In this document: in pieces, positions 13,144 to 24,720 of the stretch
Layout: each line of letters opens with the position of its first letter
Position numbering within the stretch: the first letter of the stretch is position 1
Assembly (NCBI RefSeq): GCF_963921235.1
Contig: NC_086097.1
Span: 15,066,001 to 15,130,000, forward strand
Direction of reading: 5' to 3'
Source of the DNA: Mobula hypostoma
Taxonomy: Eukaryota
Length of the DNA: 64,000 nucleotides
Notes under the pieces: model-generated
What the model saw: only the letters and a program-made list of their open reading frames with translations
The model's database searches: none
What the model was told of the DNA's origin: nothing
Translations under genes and position numbers: made by a program

Positions 13144-13739
13144 AGCGCAAGCCATCAATAAGTACAGGGACCACCATTATAGAAAGTGAACCACCTTCTA
13201 CAGGAAACTCCTCTGAAGTGGCCAAAGCCACCATCCCGCCACCTCTTCTTCCTCCTACTGCACACCAACAGCCACAGATGCCCCAGCGACCTCCACCGTC
13301 TGCCGCCTATATCATGGGAATGTCAACAACTAGCTCTTACATGTCTGGGGAAGGTTTCCAGAGCTTACAATCAATGATGAAGACTGATGGACCTTCCTAT
13401 GGAAGCATACCATCCTATGGACCACCAACTCATGTTCCTTACCACCCGCATGTTTATCCTAATCCATCTGTACCTCCACCCACTACTTATCCACCTAATA
13501 TTCCTCCTCCTACTCCAGGATATCCTCCACCAGGGTACAATCCTACATTTTTGCCCCCTCCTCGGATTCCACCTGCCCACACGGTGCCACCTCCTCCAGG
13601 ACTGGGTCTTCCGCCGACCAGCTACCCTCCCCCTACAGTGCCACCTGGGGGTCAACCTCCTGGGCCTCCACCACCGCCGCCGCCACCACCACCAGGGCTA
13701 CCACCTGTAGGTGGCTTGACACGAGGTTGGCTGAGGTAG
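13144..13739 (+). CDS. CCNK: Cyclin K terminal coding exon, proline-rich C-terminus
   Basis: Acceptor aacttccag|. Reads (E)[10 protein letters not shown]...[32 protein letters not shown]...[12 protein letters not shown] then TAG. In frame with ORF 13218-13739. Confidence 0.96.
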
Positions 13740-14644
13740 TGGACATTTATTATCCGGTAAGTGTGGAATGGCATTTGGCTTCTTGCAGGGATCGGTGTGG
13801 CCCTGAAGTCACACGGGGTCTGACAACCAGATTTACAATAATGCAGGTGCCCTTTACCCAATGACTGTACGTACTTTCCTGCTGAGTTTGCACTGTATGC
13901 TAAGTGCAGATGAATGAGTTTTTACTATTGATCACCCTCCCCTCCTGTCTTCACCCAGCTTTCTTGTTCACCTACACCCCAGTATATTCCCGCACCTTGT
14001 TCCATCTGGTGGGTTGTTTGTGGCCACGTTGCACTCAGTCTTGGAGCAGCCAGAGGAAAGTAACTGGGGCAAGATCAACATCCTGTGGATGCTGGAAATC
14101 TGTACGCACAAAAAAATGCTGGTAAAATTCGGCATTTAGAAAAAGGAACAGTTAGGTTAGGTGCCTTAAACTATTGTGATGCTTGCATCCTCAAACAGGC
14201 CCCCTTATCCCATAAAGGGCTCTGGGTCAATGTTTTGCTCTCCCAGTACTTTGCTTAAAAGGCCATATTTCAACATGACTGCAAATGAAGAAGGAAAGCT
14301 CTTCGACTTTGGGAATGATCTCACCTTTGCCTGATTTTGCTGTCCACACTCCAGGAGTTACTGTGAAGGGCCCAGTGCTAGGAAGTGACTGACAATTGAA
14401 CACCTTAGTTATTGCAACAGCTGTGGTCCCTGATACAGTTCAACCTGATCTCACCTGGTTAGCACAAGTTGGCTGCATCAAAGCATTGATTGCATTCTTT
14501 CTAGTATTATTGTAATATGTTCATACAAACAAGTAGTTGAAGATTTTATTTTTAAATGGGAAGATTTGTTACCCTTAAAGTCAAATTCATTTTAGGTTAT
14601 TAAATATTCCTAGCTCTGCTGTTGTTCCAGCCTTCGGATTGTTC

Positions 14645-14650
14645 AATAAA
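14645..14650 (+). terminator. Candidate polyadenylation signal (proximal)
   Basis: AATAAA followed about 30 nt later by GU-rich tgtgttgttggt. Confidence 0.55.
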
Positions 14651-15030
14651 GACGCCATGTAATACTGGGCTATGGATCTGTGTTGTTGGTAGTGAAAAAG
14701 GTGCACATTGGGGTTAGAATAACTCCAGTTCCTTTGTGATAAATAGAGTCAGCATTTCAAATTTCAGGCGGCACGTTCCAGGTTTTTTTTTATTTAGAGC
14801 TTGTTTTGCTGGTTTTTCATGAAGATTTCGGATGAGCACCCCCAATTACTATATGCCGTTCTCTCTAGCTCGATTGTAGGTTTGTTAACTTCTGGAGGCA
14901 CCTTACTTTCTGATATCTGTCAATCTGAGATTTGAATTCTGGCCCTTGATTTGAGAAGACACTACCACTGCACTTGTGGTCACCACGTTCATATTCCCTT
15001 GGAAATTTCTACTTGTGTTTTACTAAGTAA

Positions 15031-15036
15031 AATAAA
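15031..15036 (+). terminator. Candidate polyadenylation signal (distal)
   Basis: AATAAA followed by U-rich sequence. Repeat-derived DNA begins shortly after. Confidence 0.5.
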
Positions 15037-15704
15037 GTTGTATGTGAATTTTTACTGACTTGCATTACAAGACAAGATTACATTGTCAAATGATTGTCAT
15101 TCCAGTCAAGCTGACAGATTTATGCCACTTTTTAGGAAAGGATGTAGTTCGTTCAGCTTCTTGACCCTATTCTGCCACTTGGTGATTTCAATACTGAACT
15201 CTTACTTGGTACCCCTTCCTATATAACTTTTATTCATCAGAAATCAATTTAATTTGGATTTAAAAGTAACAATTGAACCAACATCAATTGTTACATGTAG
15301 AAAAGAGTTCTGAATTTCTGCCTTCTGCAATGTAGTTTGAAAAGCCCAGTTCTTTGTCTAATCCTAGATTTCCTAACCAACTGGAGAAAAAACTTTTTAG
15401 CTAATCTAAATCTATATAATAACTTGAAAATATTGGTCAAATTACTCATAACTTCTGCCAGTCTCACCAAAGCCAAATAATCTTCCTTAAGATGTGGTCT
15501 TTGCAATTGGTTAAACTGTCAAGCGTGGTCTTGCCAAAGTTTTCAACTGCTGTAGCATAAATTCTGTCCCTTGTATTTCAATCTCCAAGTATGCAACTGA
15601 GTATTCTATTAGCCTTTTCAATTGTTGTTTGTACTTGTATGTAATATTTGAATATGCGTATGACTCATTGGCATTTAGAAAGGCCCCCAAGAATCCTTGG
15701 GCTT

Positions 15705-15905
15705 TCTGAAATAAAAGCAGAAAATTCTGGAAACACCCAGCTGGTTAGGCAGCATCTTTGGAAACAGAAAGAAAGTTAAGCTTTCGGGCTGATGAACCTT
15801 CATTAAAAGAAATGCTGAAGTTTCAGTTCTTCTACAGGTGTTGCCTAACGTGCTCAATGTTTTAGGTCTTTCTGTTTTTATCTCAGATTTCCAGCATCTG
15901 CAGTT
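15705..15905. mobile_element. Old fold-back Penelope-like terminal repeat fragment
   Basis: Imperfect inverted arms (aaaagcagaaaattctggaaacacccag / ...ttctgtttttatctcagatttccagcatctgcag) around a decayed hammerhead-like core. Confidence 0.6.
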
Positions 15906-17110
15906 TTTTTTAAAAAAAGCTTCATTTTCTCTGGACTTTTAAATGTAGGAAAGACTTTTTTCCTGGTCTCAAGGAGATGGTTCAATATTTCCTTACATGA
16001 AAGTGCATTTTGCCAATTGGTTTAAAATTATTAAGATGTGTACTGTTATGACTCTATTTACATTGCTTAAAACCACATCTATCTTGGCACCAATGCCATT
16101 TTGACCATTTAACTTCAAAGTATGCAGTTGAAGATGCAGCACAGATCATTGTAGTTAGTTTCTATCGGTTAGAGTTCTTCACCACACTCTCTACTGTATT
16201 TTGTAGGAATTTTATAATCTGTTAATTTGCTTCAGTTCCATTAACTTGACTGTCAGTTTTTTTGAGGCACTTTATGAGATGCCTACTGGAAGTTGATATA
16301 AATAAAACCTCTCAAAGCTTTCCTGTCCAGGACACTACTCACTTTTTTCCAGTTGTCACGTTCATTGGACATGATATGCTTCACAAATTTATGTGGTATA
16401 CCCAGATAACTGATTTTATTTTAATGTTTAGTCACTTGATGCTAGATTATAGACTCCAGTAATCTCTTGACAACATGATTTTGGGCTGGTTGATCTATAA
16501 TTTCCTAGCATCCCTTTTTTCAAATAACAGAGTCACAATTTTTTAGTCTGAAGAAACAATTTCCTAAAAAAAACTTTCTTTGTACAGTTGTCCTTTGGGC
16601 ACCTCTCAGTGTCACACTTTAAAAGCTTGAAATAGAAGCCATCTGGTACTGGAGAATTTAATGCTATTATTTTCTTTATAATTGTCATGCTGAGGTCATT
16701 GTCCCATCCCTGATTCTCCAGTAACCTGGGGAATATCCAATTTGTTACCCTCCATCTCCAGTTCCATTTTTTGCAAACTGAAATACCTCAGTTTGACAAA
16801 TGGGCTTTCCAACGAGTCATTGTTTCTTTTGCTTTGCATTGATTTATTCAGTTGTCTGATATAACTTAAAAAAAATCAGTGTAATTTACTCTGTCTGTAG
16901 TATATTTGTCTACAGGTTGAATTAAGTTTATTTTTCCAAATAGCGTCAAAGCCTGAATGTAATACATGAAATTGTACTGTGAGCTGGGCTTTGATAATAT
17001 TGTACAATTAGTGGCTAATACAGCCTAATAAATTTGATATTGGAGTTATTATGGCTATGCATGTGAAACTAACTTTTCTACAATTTTTTTTAAGGTGTGG
17101 TGGCAATATA

Positions 17111-17648
17111 CCATCAATGGCCACTGTATTATGTACACCTAAACACATTAATGCAAATATCCAATCAGCTAATCACGTACCATCAACTCAATGCATAAAA
17201 GCATGCAGTCATGGTCAAGAGGTTCAGTTGTTGTTCCGACCAAATGTCAGAATCAGGAAGAAGTATGACTTAAGTGATTTTGACTGTGAAATGATTATTG
17301 ATGCCAGAAGGGGTGGTTTGAGTATCTCAGAAACTGCTGATCTTCTGGGATTTTCATCCACAGCAGTCTCTGGTGTTTACAGAGAATAGTGCAAAAAATA
17401 ACAGAAAAGAAAATCTATAGAGGCAGTTCTGTGGACAAAAGTGCCTTATTAATGAGAGAGGTCAGAAGAGAATGGCCAGACTGGTTGAAGCTGACAGGAA
17501 AGTGAGAGTAACTCAATGAGTTACCACAGTGATGTACAGTAGAGCATCTCTGAATGAGCAACACGTCAAACCTTAAAATAGATGGACTACAGCAGCAGAA
17601 TACCACACTGTGTTCCACTCCTGTACCTAATAAAGTAACCGCTGAGTG
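17111..17648 (+). mobile_element. Internally deleted Tc1/mariner transposon
   Basis: TA-flanked imperfect TIRs (tggccactgtattatgtac...gtacctaataaagtaaccgctgagtg). Encodes a transposase N-terminal HTH (DLSDFDCEMIIDARRGGLSISETADLLGFS). Confidence 0.85.
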
Positions 17649-18424
17649 TAGATCATGGTATTCAAATCATTACTGCTGACTGGACTCTTAACAAAGAGGA
17701 TTGGTAGCTGTAGGGAGGTACCAATATGACTGACAAGTGGAAGCTTACTCCTGGCTCACTACAAACTATTAAGTTGCTTCCCCTCTTGAAGGCACTGTGT
17801 CGTGCATTTTTTTGTGAGTGTCTGCTCTTCCCCATTACCTTGCCAAAGTGACTGGTCCTGTAATTCTTCACAAATGGCGCTGACATTGGTCTGCCTGAAT
17901 CTACATCTTTCAGGGATCCGTCAAAGGGAATCCTGAGCTATAAATCCAGTAACCAGGGTGTGCTCAAATAATGCAGAGTAGCACTTATGGCCCAATGTTG
18001 ATGACTGGCCAGTTGATTCTGACCCAGATTTTTGCTCGTTTAGTCAGGCCCCCTAATAATAGAAAATTATCCTACCAAAGGAGGGATCTCAGCCCACTGC
18101 AACTATGTCAGTTCAGGAGCAGAACCAGTATGGGCTGATCCCAATTTTCAGCTCTAAATCACAACACTACAAGTAGTTCTCATAGGTTTCTCAGTCTTTG
18201 CCAGTTACTCTTAAGCAGTGATTTCCATATCACTGCAGTTCTTTGGGTGATCACTGTCCCTCTATTCGTTAACCACCTTTTAAATCTATAATCTCATTCC
18301 TCTAAAATAAGTCTAGACACTCTCAAATTCGTAACTGAAGGGTTTATGTTGCAAATCTATAACTATCCCAAGTCAAATAATATTGCTTTTTCAGATATTT
18401 GTCACTTGGTTTCCATGGCTAGAA

Positions 18425-18895
18425 ATCGTAAGACATAGGAGCAAAATTAGAGTATTTGGCCCACCGAGTTGGCTCTATTTATTAACCCTCTCAACCCCAT
18501 TCTCTTGCCTTCTCCCCATAACCTTTGATGCCCTTACTAATCAAGAACCTCACAACCCTCACTTTAAATATAACCAATGACTTGACCTCCACAGCCATCT
18601 ATAGCAATGACTTCCACAGATTCACCACCCTCTGGCTAAAGAAATTCCTCCTCATCTCTCTTCTAAAGGGACTGTCTTCTATTCTGAGGCTGCACCCTCT
18701 GGTCCTAGACCGTCCCACTATGGGATACATCTCTGCATCCATTCTATCAAGGCCTTTCAATATTCGATAGATTTCAATGAGATCCCCATCCGCATCATTC
18801 TTTTAAACTCCTGTGGGTATGGGCCAAACGGCTATTAAATGCTCTTCATGCATTAACCCTGTGATCATTCTTGTGAACCTCCCCTGGACCCTCCC
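18425..18895 (-). mobile_element. CR1 LINE 3' fragment
   Basis: Reverse complement of the CR1 3' end (ttccacagattcaccaccctctggctaaagaaattcctcctcatctc). Confidence 0.8.
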
Positions 18896-18994
18896 CTGAC
18901 CTGAGTAACTTGCATCCGAACTCCCCAAAGACTGCCTACTGTTTACAAAGCTCAAGTCAGAGATGTGATGGAATATTCTCCACTTGCCTGGACA

Positions 18995-19385
18995 TTTGTT
19001 TGTTCATGATGTGCTGTGCGTTATGATGTGGGCAATCATTGTCTTTCCACAACCATGATTGTCCTTGGCAAATTTTTCTACAGAACTAGTTTGTCTTTGC
19101 CTTCTTCTGGGCAGTGTCTTTAGAAGACAGGTGACCCTAACCATTATCAAAACTCTTTAGAAATTGTCTGCCTGGTATTGGACTTATCCAGGTCTTGTGG
19201 TATGCACCAGCTGCTCATATGACTATCCACCACCTGCTCCCATGGTTCAGGTGACCCTGATCGGGGGAGGATAAGCAAGTGCTACACCTTGCCCAAGGGT
19301 GACCTGCAGGCTGGCGGGGAGGGGGGTGGTGGGGGAAGGAGCACCTTACATCTCCTTTGGTAGAGATGTATCTCCATCCTGCCAC
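18995..19385 (-). mobile_element. RTE-related SINE/LINE fragment
   Basis: Segment ttctacagaa...tttgccttcttctgggcagtgtcttta recurs at about 56372-56500 and resembles the RTE/BovB-type GGCAATGGCAAACCAC motif. Family assignment is by recall. Confidence 0.5.
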
Positions 19386-19599
19386 CCTTTCATCAACATT
19401 ATAGAACATAAAACGATATGGCACAGGAGCAGACCCTACAGCCCACGATGTGTTGAACCAGTCGAATTAATCAAGTTCCCAACTAAAAAGTATCCTTTCT
19501 GCCCACACAATGTCTATATCCTTCTATCTCCTGCACATTAGAACGTAAGGTCTCTTTCATATTTCTCCCCACCACCACCACAGGCAGTGTCCAATTGTG

Positions 19600-20010
19600 G
19601 AAAACAGTTGCCTGTTGAAGGTCCCAGTGGCTCTGCTTCATTAGGAGTTTGAGGAGATGTGGTATTTCATCAAAAGCTAGCAAATTTCTACAACAGTACC
19701 ATGAAGAGCATTCGGTCTGATATGGGGGTACCAATGCACAGGATCAGAAAAGGCTGCGGAGAGTTGCACACAGCCAGCTCCAATGTGGCACCAGCCTCTG
19801 CTCTATCGAGGACATTTTCAAAAGGCCATGCCTCAGAGAGGAGGCATCCATCATCAAGGACCCCCACTATGCAGGACATTGCCTCTTCTCATTACTACCA
19901 TCAAGGGGGAGGTACAGGAGCCTAAAGATGCACACTCAACATTTTAGGAACAGCTTCTTCCACTCTGCATCACATTTCTAAACAGTCCATGAACGCTACC
20001 TCACTATTTC
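19600..20010 (+). mobile_element. Rex1/Babar-like LINE 3' fragment
   Basis: ttcattaggagtttgaggagat...ggaggtacaggagcctaaag...aacagcttcttcc. Confidence 0.75.
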
Positions 20011-20019
20011 GACCATTAT

Positions 20020-20850
20020 TCCAAAGTAAATTTATTACCAAAATATGTATCATCATATATGACCCTGACTTTCATTTTATTGTGGGTATTCACAGCAAAT
20101 ACAAAGAAACACAATAGAATTAATGAAAACATAGCAAATATGGACAAATGACTGATGTGCAAAAGATAACAAAACTGCAAAATACAAAAAAAGAGAATAA
20201 GTATCAAGAACATGAGTTATAAAGTCCTTAAAAGTGAGTACATGGGTTGTGGAATCAGTTCAGTGTTGGGATGAGGGTAGTTATCCCGTGGTTCAAGAGC
20301 CAGGTAGTTGAGGTATTATAACCGTGGTGTGGGGCGCGAAATTCCTGTACCACCTTCCTGATGGCAGCAGTGAGAAGAGCACATGGTGCCTTCCTGTGAC
20401 AGCTCTTCGTATATGTGCTCAATAGTGGGGAGGGTTTTAGCTGTGATGGACTGGACTATATTCACTTTTTTTTGTAGACGTTTCCATACCAGGCCATCAT
20501 GCAAATCTATAGAAGTTTGTCAAAGTTAGATAACGTGCCCAATCTGTGCAAACTTCTAAGAAAGTAGAGGTGCTGCCGTGTGTTGCGTGCTGGACCCAGG
20601 ACATATCCTCTGTATTGATAATACCAAGGAAGTTAAAGTTACCTTCCTTCTCAATATCAGATACCCCGATGAGGGCTAGCACATGGACTTCGGGTTTCCT
20701 CCTGTAATAATGAGCTCTGGTTTTGCTAGCATTCAATGAGAGGTTGTTGGTATGGCACCACTCAGCCAGATTTTCAATCTCCCTCCGCCTTGTTAATTTG
20801 TCACCACCTTTGATTTGGCCAACAACAGTGGTGTCATCAGCAAACTTTAA
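20020..20850 (-). mobile_element. Rex1/Babar-like LINE fragment with 3' tail
   Basis: Reverse strand has KFADDTTVVG (about 20820-20850), an FNFLGI motif and an aataaatttactttg tail. Confidence 0.75.
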
Positions 20851-21554
20851 ATATATGACATTGCTGTACTTGTGTTTCTTGTATTATTTAATTATTTTAA
20901 AATATTTTTTTCTGCATCCAGCTTTAATGAATCTCTGTTTCTCAGCAAACCTAGAACCAATGTGGTTTGTATAGGATCTGCTGTTCCAGAAGTGGACCCA
21001 GTGATCTAGGAGTCTCAAGGCCCTTCCTCCTGTAACTGTCTTCACTAATGCATCCATCTGCACTATCCTCCCATTCCTACACTCGCTAGACCAAGCCAGA
21101 TTTAATCATTTATGGGTAATATTTTTAGTTATTATGTCAGATTCAAAATCAAGTTTATTATCACTAACATGTTGTTCTGTGGCAGCGATAGTGCAAGACA
21201 TAAAACTTTCTTCCCCCAGAATAATCGGATCAACTATTCTAGTTACCCTTCCCACCCCCACCCCCTCCATTTATCGCTCCTGTCACTACACTGCACTGTG
21301 GACACTCTAAACCACATTTTATAATGTGGTTTCAAAAATAAATAAATGGTGCAAAAGTCAAACAAAGAAGTAGTTTTCATAGGTTTATGGATTCAGAAAT
21401 CCGATGGCAAAGTGGAAGAAGCTGTTCCTGCTTCCACCTGCAGAGGGCCACCCTCCCTTCTACCCATGTCATTTTCGCCAACATATTTCACAAATTCTGG
21501 CTGTTTGTTCCCACCCCACCAGCGCCTTGATCCTTGAAATTTCTGCTGTTAGCT

Positions 21555-21795
21555 TCATAAGACATAGCAGAGTTAGTCCATTGAGTCTCTTCCACCATTC
21601 CATCATGGCTGACTTACTATCCCCCCCTCAACCTCATTCTCCTGCCTTTTCCCCATAACATTCAATGTCCTGACTAATCAAGAACCTATCAGCCTCTGTT
21701 TTAAATATACCCAATGACTTGGTCTCCACAGCTGTATAGCAATGAATTCCACAGATTCACTACCCTTTGGCTGAAGAAGTTTCTCCTCATCTCTG
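21555..21795 (-). mobile_element. CR1 LINE 3' end
   Basis: Same CR1 3'UTR as other copies, reverse orientation. Confidence 0.8.
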
Positions 21796-21888
21796 AACCT
21801 CTTGGCTCCTAATGCTAAAGAGGCATTGACTCTTGACCTTTCTATATCTAGCTGCACTGCTCTTTCTTTGTAACTGATACTTTATTCT

Positions 21889-22087
21889 ACAACACATAAA
21901 ATGCTGGAAAACCTAGGCTGGTCAGGTAGTATCTGTGGAGGAGAATAAGTAATTGACGTTTCAGGCCGAGACCCTTCATCATCAGGACTGTTTATTCCCC
22001 TCCATAGATTCTGTCTGAGTTGCTAAGTTCCTCCAGCATTTTGTGTGCATTGCTCGGGATTTCCAGCAATTGCAGAATCTCCTGTTT
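21889..22087. mobile_element. Fold-back Penelope-like terminal-repeat insertion
   Basis: 12-bp TSD ATACTTTATTCT (21877-21888 and 22088-22099), inverted arms, and a hammerhead-like core on the minus strand. Confidence 0.8.
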
Positions 22088-22964
22088 ATACTTTATTCTG
22101 CATTCTGTTTCCTTTTTACTACCTTAATGTACTTGTGTATGGAATGATTTGTCTGGAAGGCACGCAAGTGAGAACTTTCCACTGTGTTTCAGTACGTGTG
22201 ACAATTATAGACCAGTACTAATGGTTGATTAGTAGGAACACGAGCTGCTGCAGATGCTGGGTATCCAGAGTAACACACACAAAATGGTGGAGAAACTCAG
22301 CAGATCTGGGCAGCACCTAGGAAAATGACTTACAGTCAATGTTTCGAGCTGAGGCCCTTCATCAGGGCTGGGAAGGAAGAAGGAAGAAGTGACGGGAACA
22401 CTTGTCTTCCAGCCTAACTGTTAGATCAATTATCTTCATATCTTCCTCGGCCTCTCTCTGAACATGGGCATTATCTGTGACTCCATGGTCTGTAGAAATA
22501 GAGGTTCCACCTTCATCACTATTCAGTGGTAAATATAGTACTACTGGAATTTGTTTTTGGAAAGCACTGATTTGCAGGAATTAAAGAGATGAAAGTAATG
22601 TCCTGCGCTGTTTGATTGTATGAATCTGATGCAGTTCCAGCTACTGTGTTTCTTCCTGATCTCTGGCATTTGGAGTTTGATTATTTCAGCAAACACTGGT
22701 AGAACCAATGCAATCCATTCAAAGGAACAGCAAAATCCATCCCCAGTAAATCCATCTGACTCACCTCTAGCCCAACACCACCAGAAGCAAATGAAATATA
22801 CTGCCAGCGACCTGGAGGAAAACAGCAAGTTGATATAAGCTATTTATGCTCTCCTTTATCAGCCTTTTGCTTTTGAAGAATTTCTGACTAGGTTTAAAAT
22901 ACTAGTTGGTTGGTAAATGGGAAATGATCTATATGCTCTCAGGGTGCTTTGTAATGTGAACATG

Positions 22965-22983
22965 TGAACAGCAGGGGGCGGAC
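22965..22983 (+). promoter_or_regulatory. Candidate CTCF site
   Basis: TGAACAGCAGGGGGCGGAC closely matches the CTCF core CCA(G/C)(C/T)AG(A/G)(G/T)GGC in non-repetitive DNA. Confidence 0.5.
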
Positions 22984-23184
22984 TAGTACCGCAAACAGTC
23001 GAAGGATGTTGCCTCAGACGGTTCTGCCTTGTATATCCTTCAAATTGCCTTTGTAAATATTATAATACCAATATAATATAATAACAGGAAGGATTTTTAA
23101 AATATTTATTTTTTATTGGTAATTTTTTGTGTCAACTATTTCAAAAGTTCACACTAAAGATTCCTTCGACTTTTGAAGAGTCTT

Positions 23185-23690
23185 CAAAGTTCAAGGTAAA
23201 TTTATTATCGAAGTGCATATGTCACCATATACAACCCAGAAATTCATTTTCTTGTGGGAATTCATTGTGAATCCAAGAACACAAAACAATCAATCAATGG
23301 CCACATCAGGATGGATAAACAACCAATGCACAAAAGACAAACTAAAAATACAAAAGAAAAATAGTAAGTAAGCTGTAAATATCGAGAGATTGAGGTGAAG
23401 GAGTCCACAGGTTTTGGGAACAGTTCAGTGATAGGGTGAATGAAGTTACCCCTTTGGTTCAAGAGCCTGCTGGTTGAGGGGTAATAACTGTTCCTGAACC
23501 TGGTGGTGTGGGTCCTGAGGTTCCTGTAACTTCTTCCCGGTGGCAGCAGTGAGAAGAGAGCATATCCTGGGTGGTGGATGCCGCTTTCGTGCAACAATGC
23601 TCTGTGTAGATGTGCTCAATGTGAGAGGGCTTTACCCATGATGGTCTGCGCTGTATCCTCTACTTTCAGTAGGATTTTCCATTCAAGGGC
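23185..23690 (-). mobile_element. Rex1/Babar-like LINE 3' end
   Basis: ORF 23262-23597 reads HPGYALFSLLPPGRSYRNLRTHTTRFRNSYYPSTSRLLN, followed by a tail. Confidence 0.8.
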
Positions 23691-24029
23691 ATTGGTGATT
23701 TAGACCCACAATGTCGACCGTAGATGCTGTCGGATCTGCTGAATTCCTCTTGCATCTTGTCTGTGTGTTGCTCCAGATTCATATACCTGGGGTCTCCTGT
23801 TTCTGCTTCCATCTCTCTGCAGTGAGATCTAATCTGCTCTCCAGTTTTAACCATTCTCATCCCATTAGGTAAAACACTGAGGCAGAAGTGACTTTGAGCT
23901 ATCTACTGATGAGCATAGTTGATCTCTGCAGAATACCAGTGTTTGATCCTCAGGGGCAACCCTGAACTGCCGGCCAGTCCATTGCACTCTCGCTGTGACC
24001 TGTCTGCCCGTGGCTGGATGCACTGAAGT

Positions 24030-24720
24030 GTGTATGGTGGAGGCTCCAATGCACAAGAGGCTGTAGAGGTTTGTGGACTCATCCAGCTCCACCACGGGCA
24101 AAAGCCTCTCCAACATTGGGGACATCTTCAAATGGTGGTGCCTTCAAGAAGGTGGCATCCATCATTAAGGACCCTCCCCATCTGTTCATGCCCTCTTCTC
24201 ATTGCTACCATCAGGGAGCAGGTACAGGAACCTGAAGATGCACACTCAGCATTTTAAGAACAACTTCTTCCCCTTTGCCTTCAGGTTTCTGAATGGTCTA
24301 TGAACTCATGAATGCTATCTCAGCATAGTGGTTAGCACAACGCTTTTCAGTACCAGTGATCTGGATTCTATCCTCGCTGCTGTCTGAAAGGAGTTTGTAC
24401 GTTCTCCCTGTGAGCACTTGGGTTTCCTCCGGGTGCTCCGGTTTCCTCCCACGGTCAAAGATGGATCAGTTAGTAGGTTAATTGGTCATTGTAAATCATC
24501 CTATGGTTAGAGTAGGGTTAAATTGGGGGATTGCTGGGTCGTGCGGCTCGAAGGACTTTTCCAAGCTGTATCTCAAGCTTTCCAAGTAAAAACCTAACTA
24601 TTTTGAACTATTTATGTATTTTATGTTTTGCTGTAACTTATTTATTTATGACTTGCACTTCACTGCTGTCTCAAAGCAACATACAGTATGCCAATGATAT
24701 TAAACCTCATTCAGAGTGCA
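24030..24720 (+). mobile_element. Rex1/Babar-like 3' end interrupted by a V-SINE (about 24322-24575)
   Basis: LINE C-terminal motif and aaacctcattc tail. SINE core gggtttcctccgggtgctccggtttcctcccac. Confidence 0.75.

Larger units (their letters stand above)
13740..15060 (+). other. CCNK: CCNK 3'UTR (end uncertain)
   Basis: Mostly non-repetitive sequence after the stop, with AATAAA at 14645-14650 and 15031-15036. Confidence 0.6.

Noticed and set aside
13186..13861. Overlapping alternative-frame and antisense ORFs in the last CCNK exon
   Set aside because: Expected shadows of proline-rich CCN codons.
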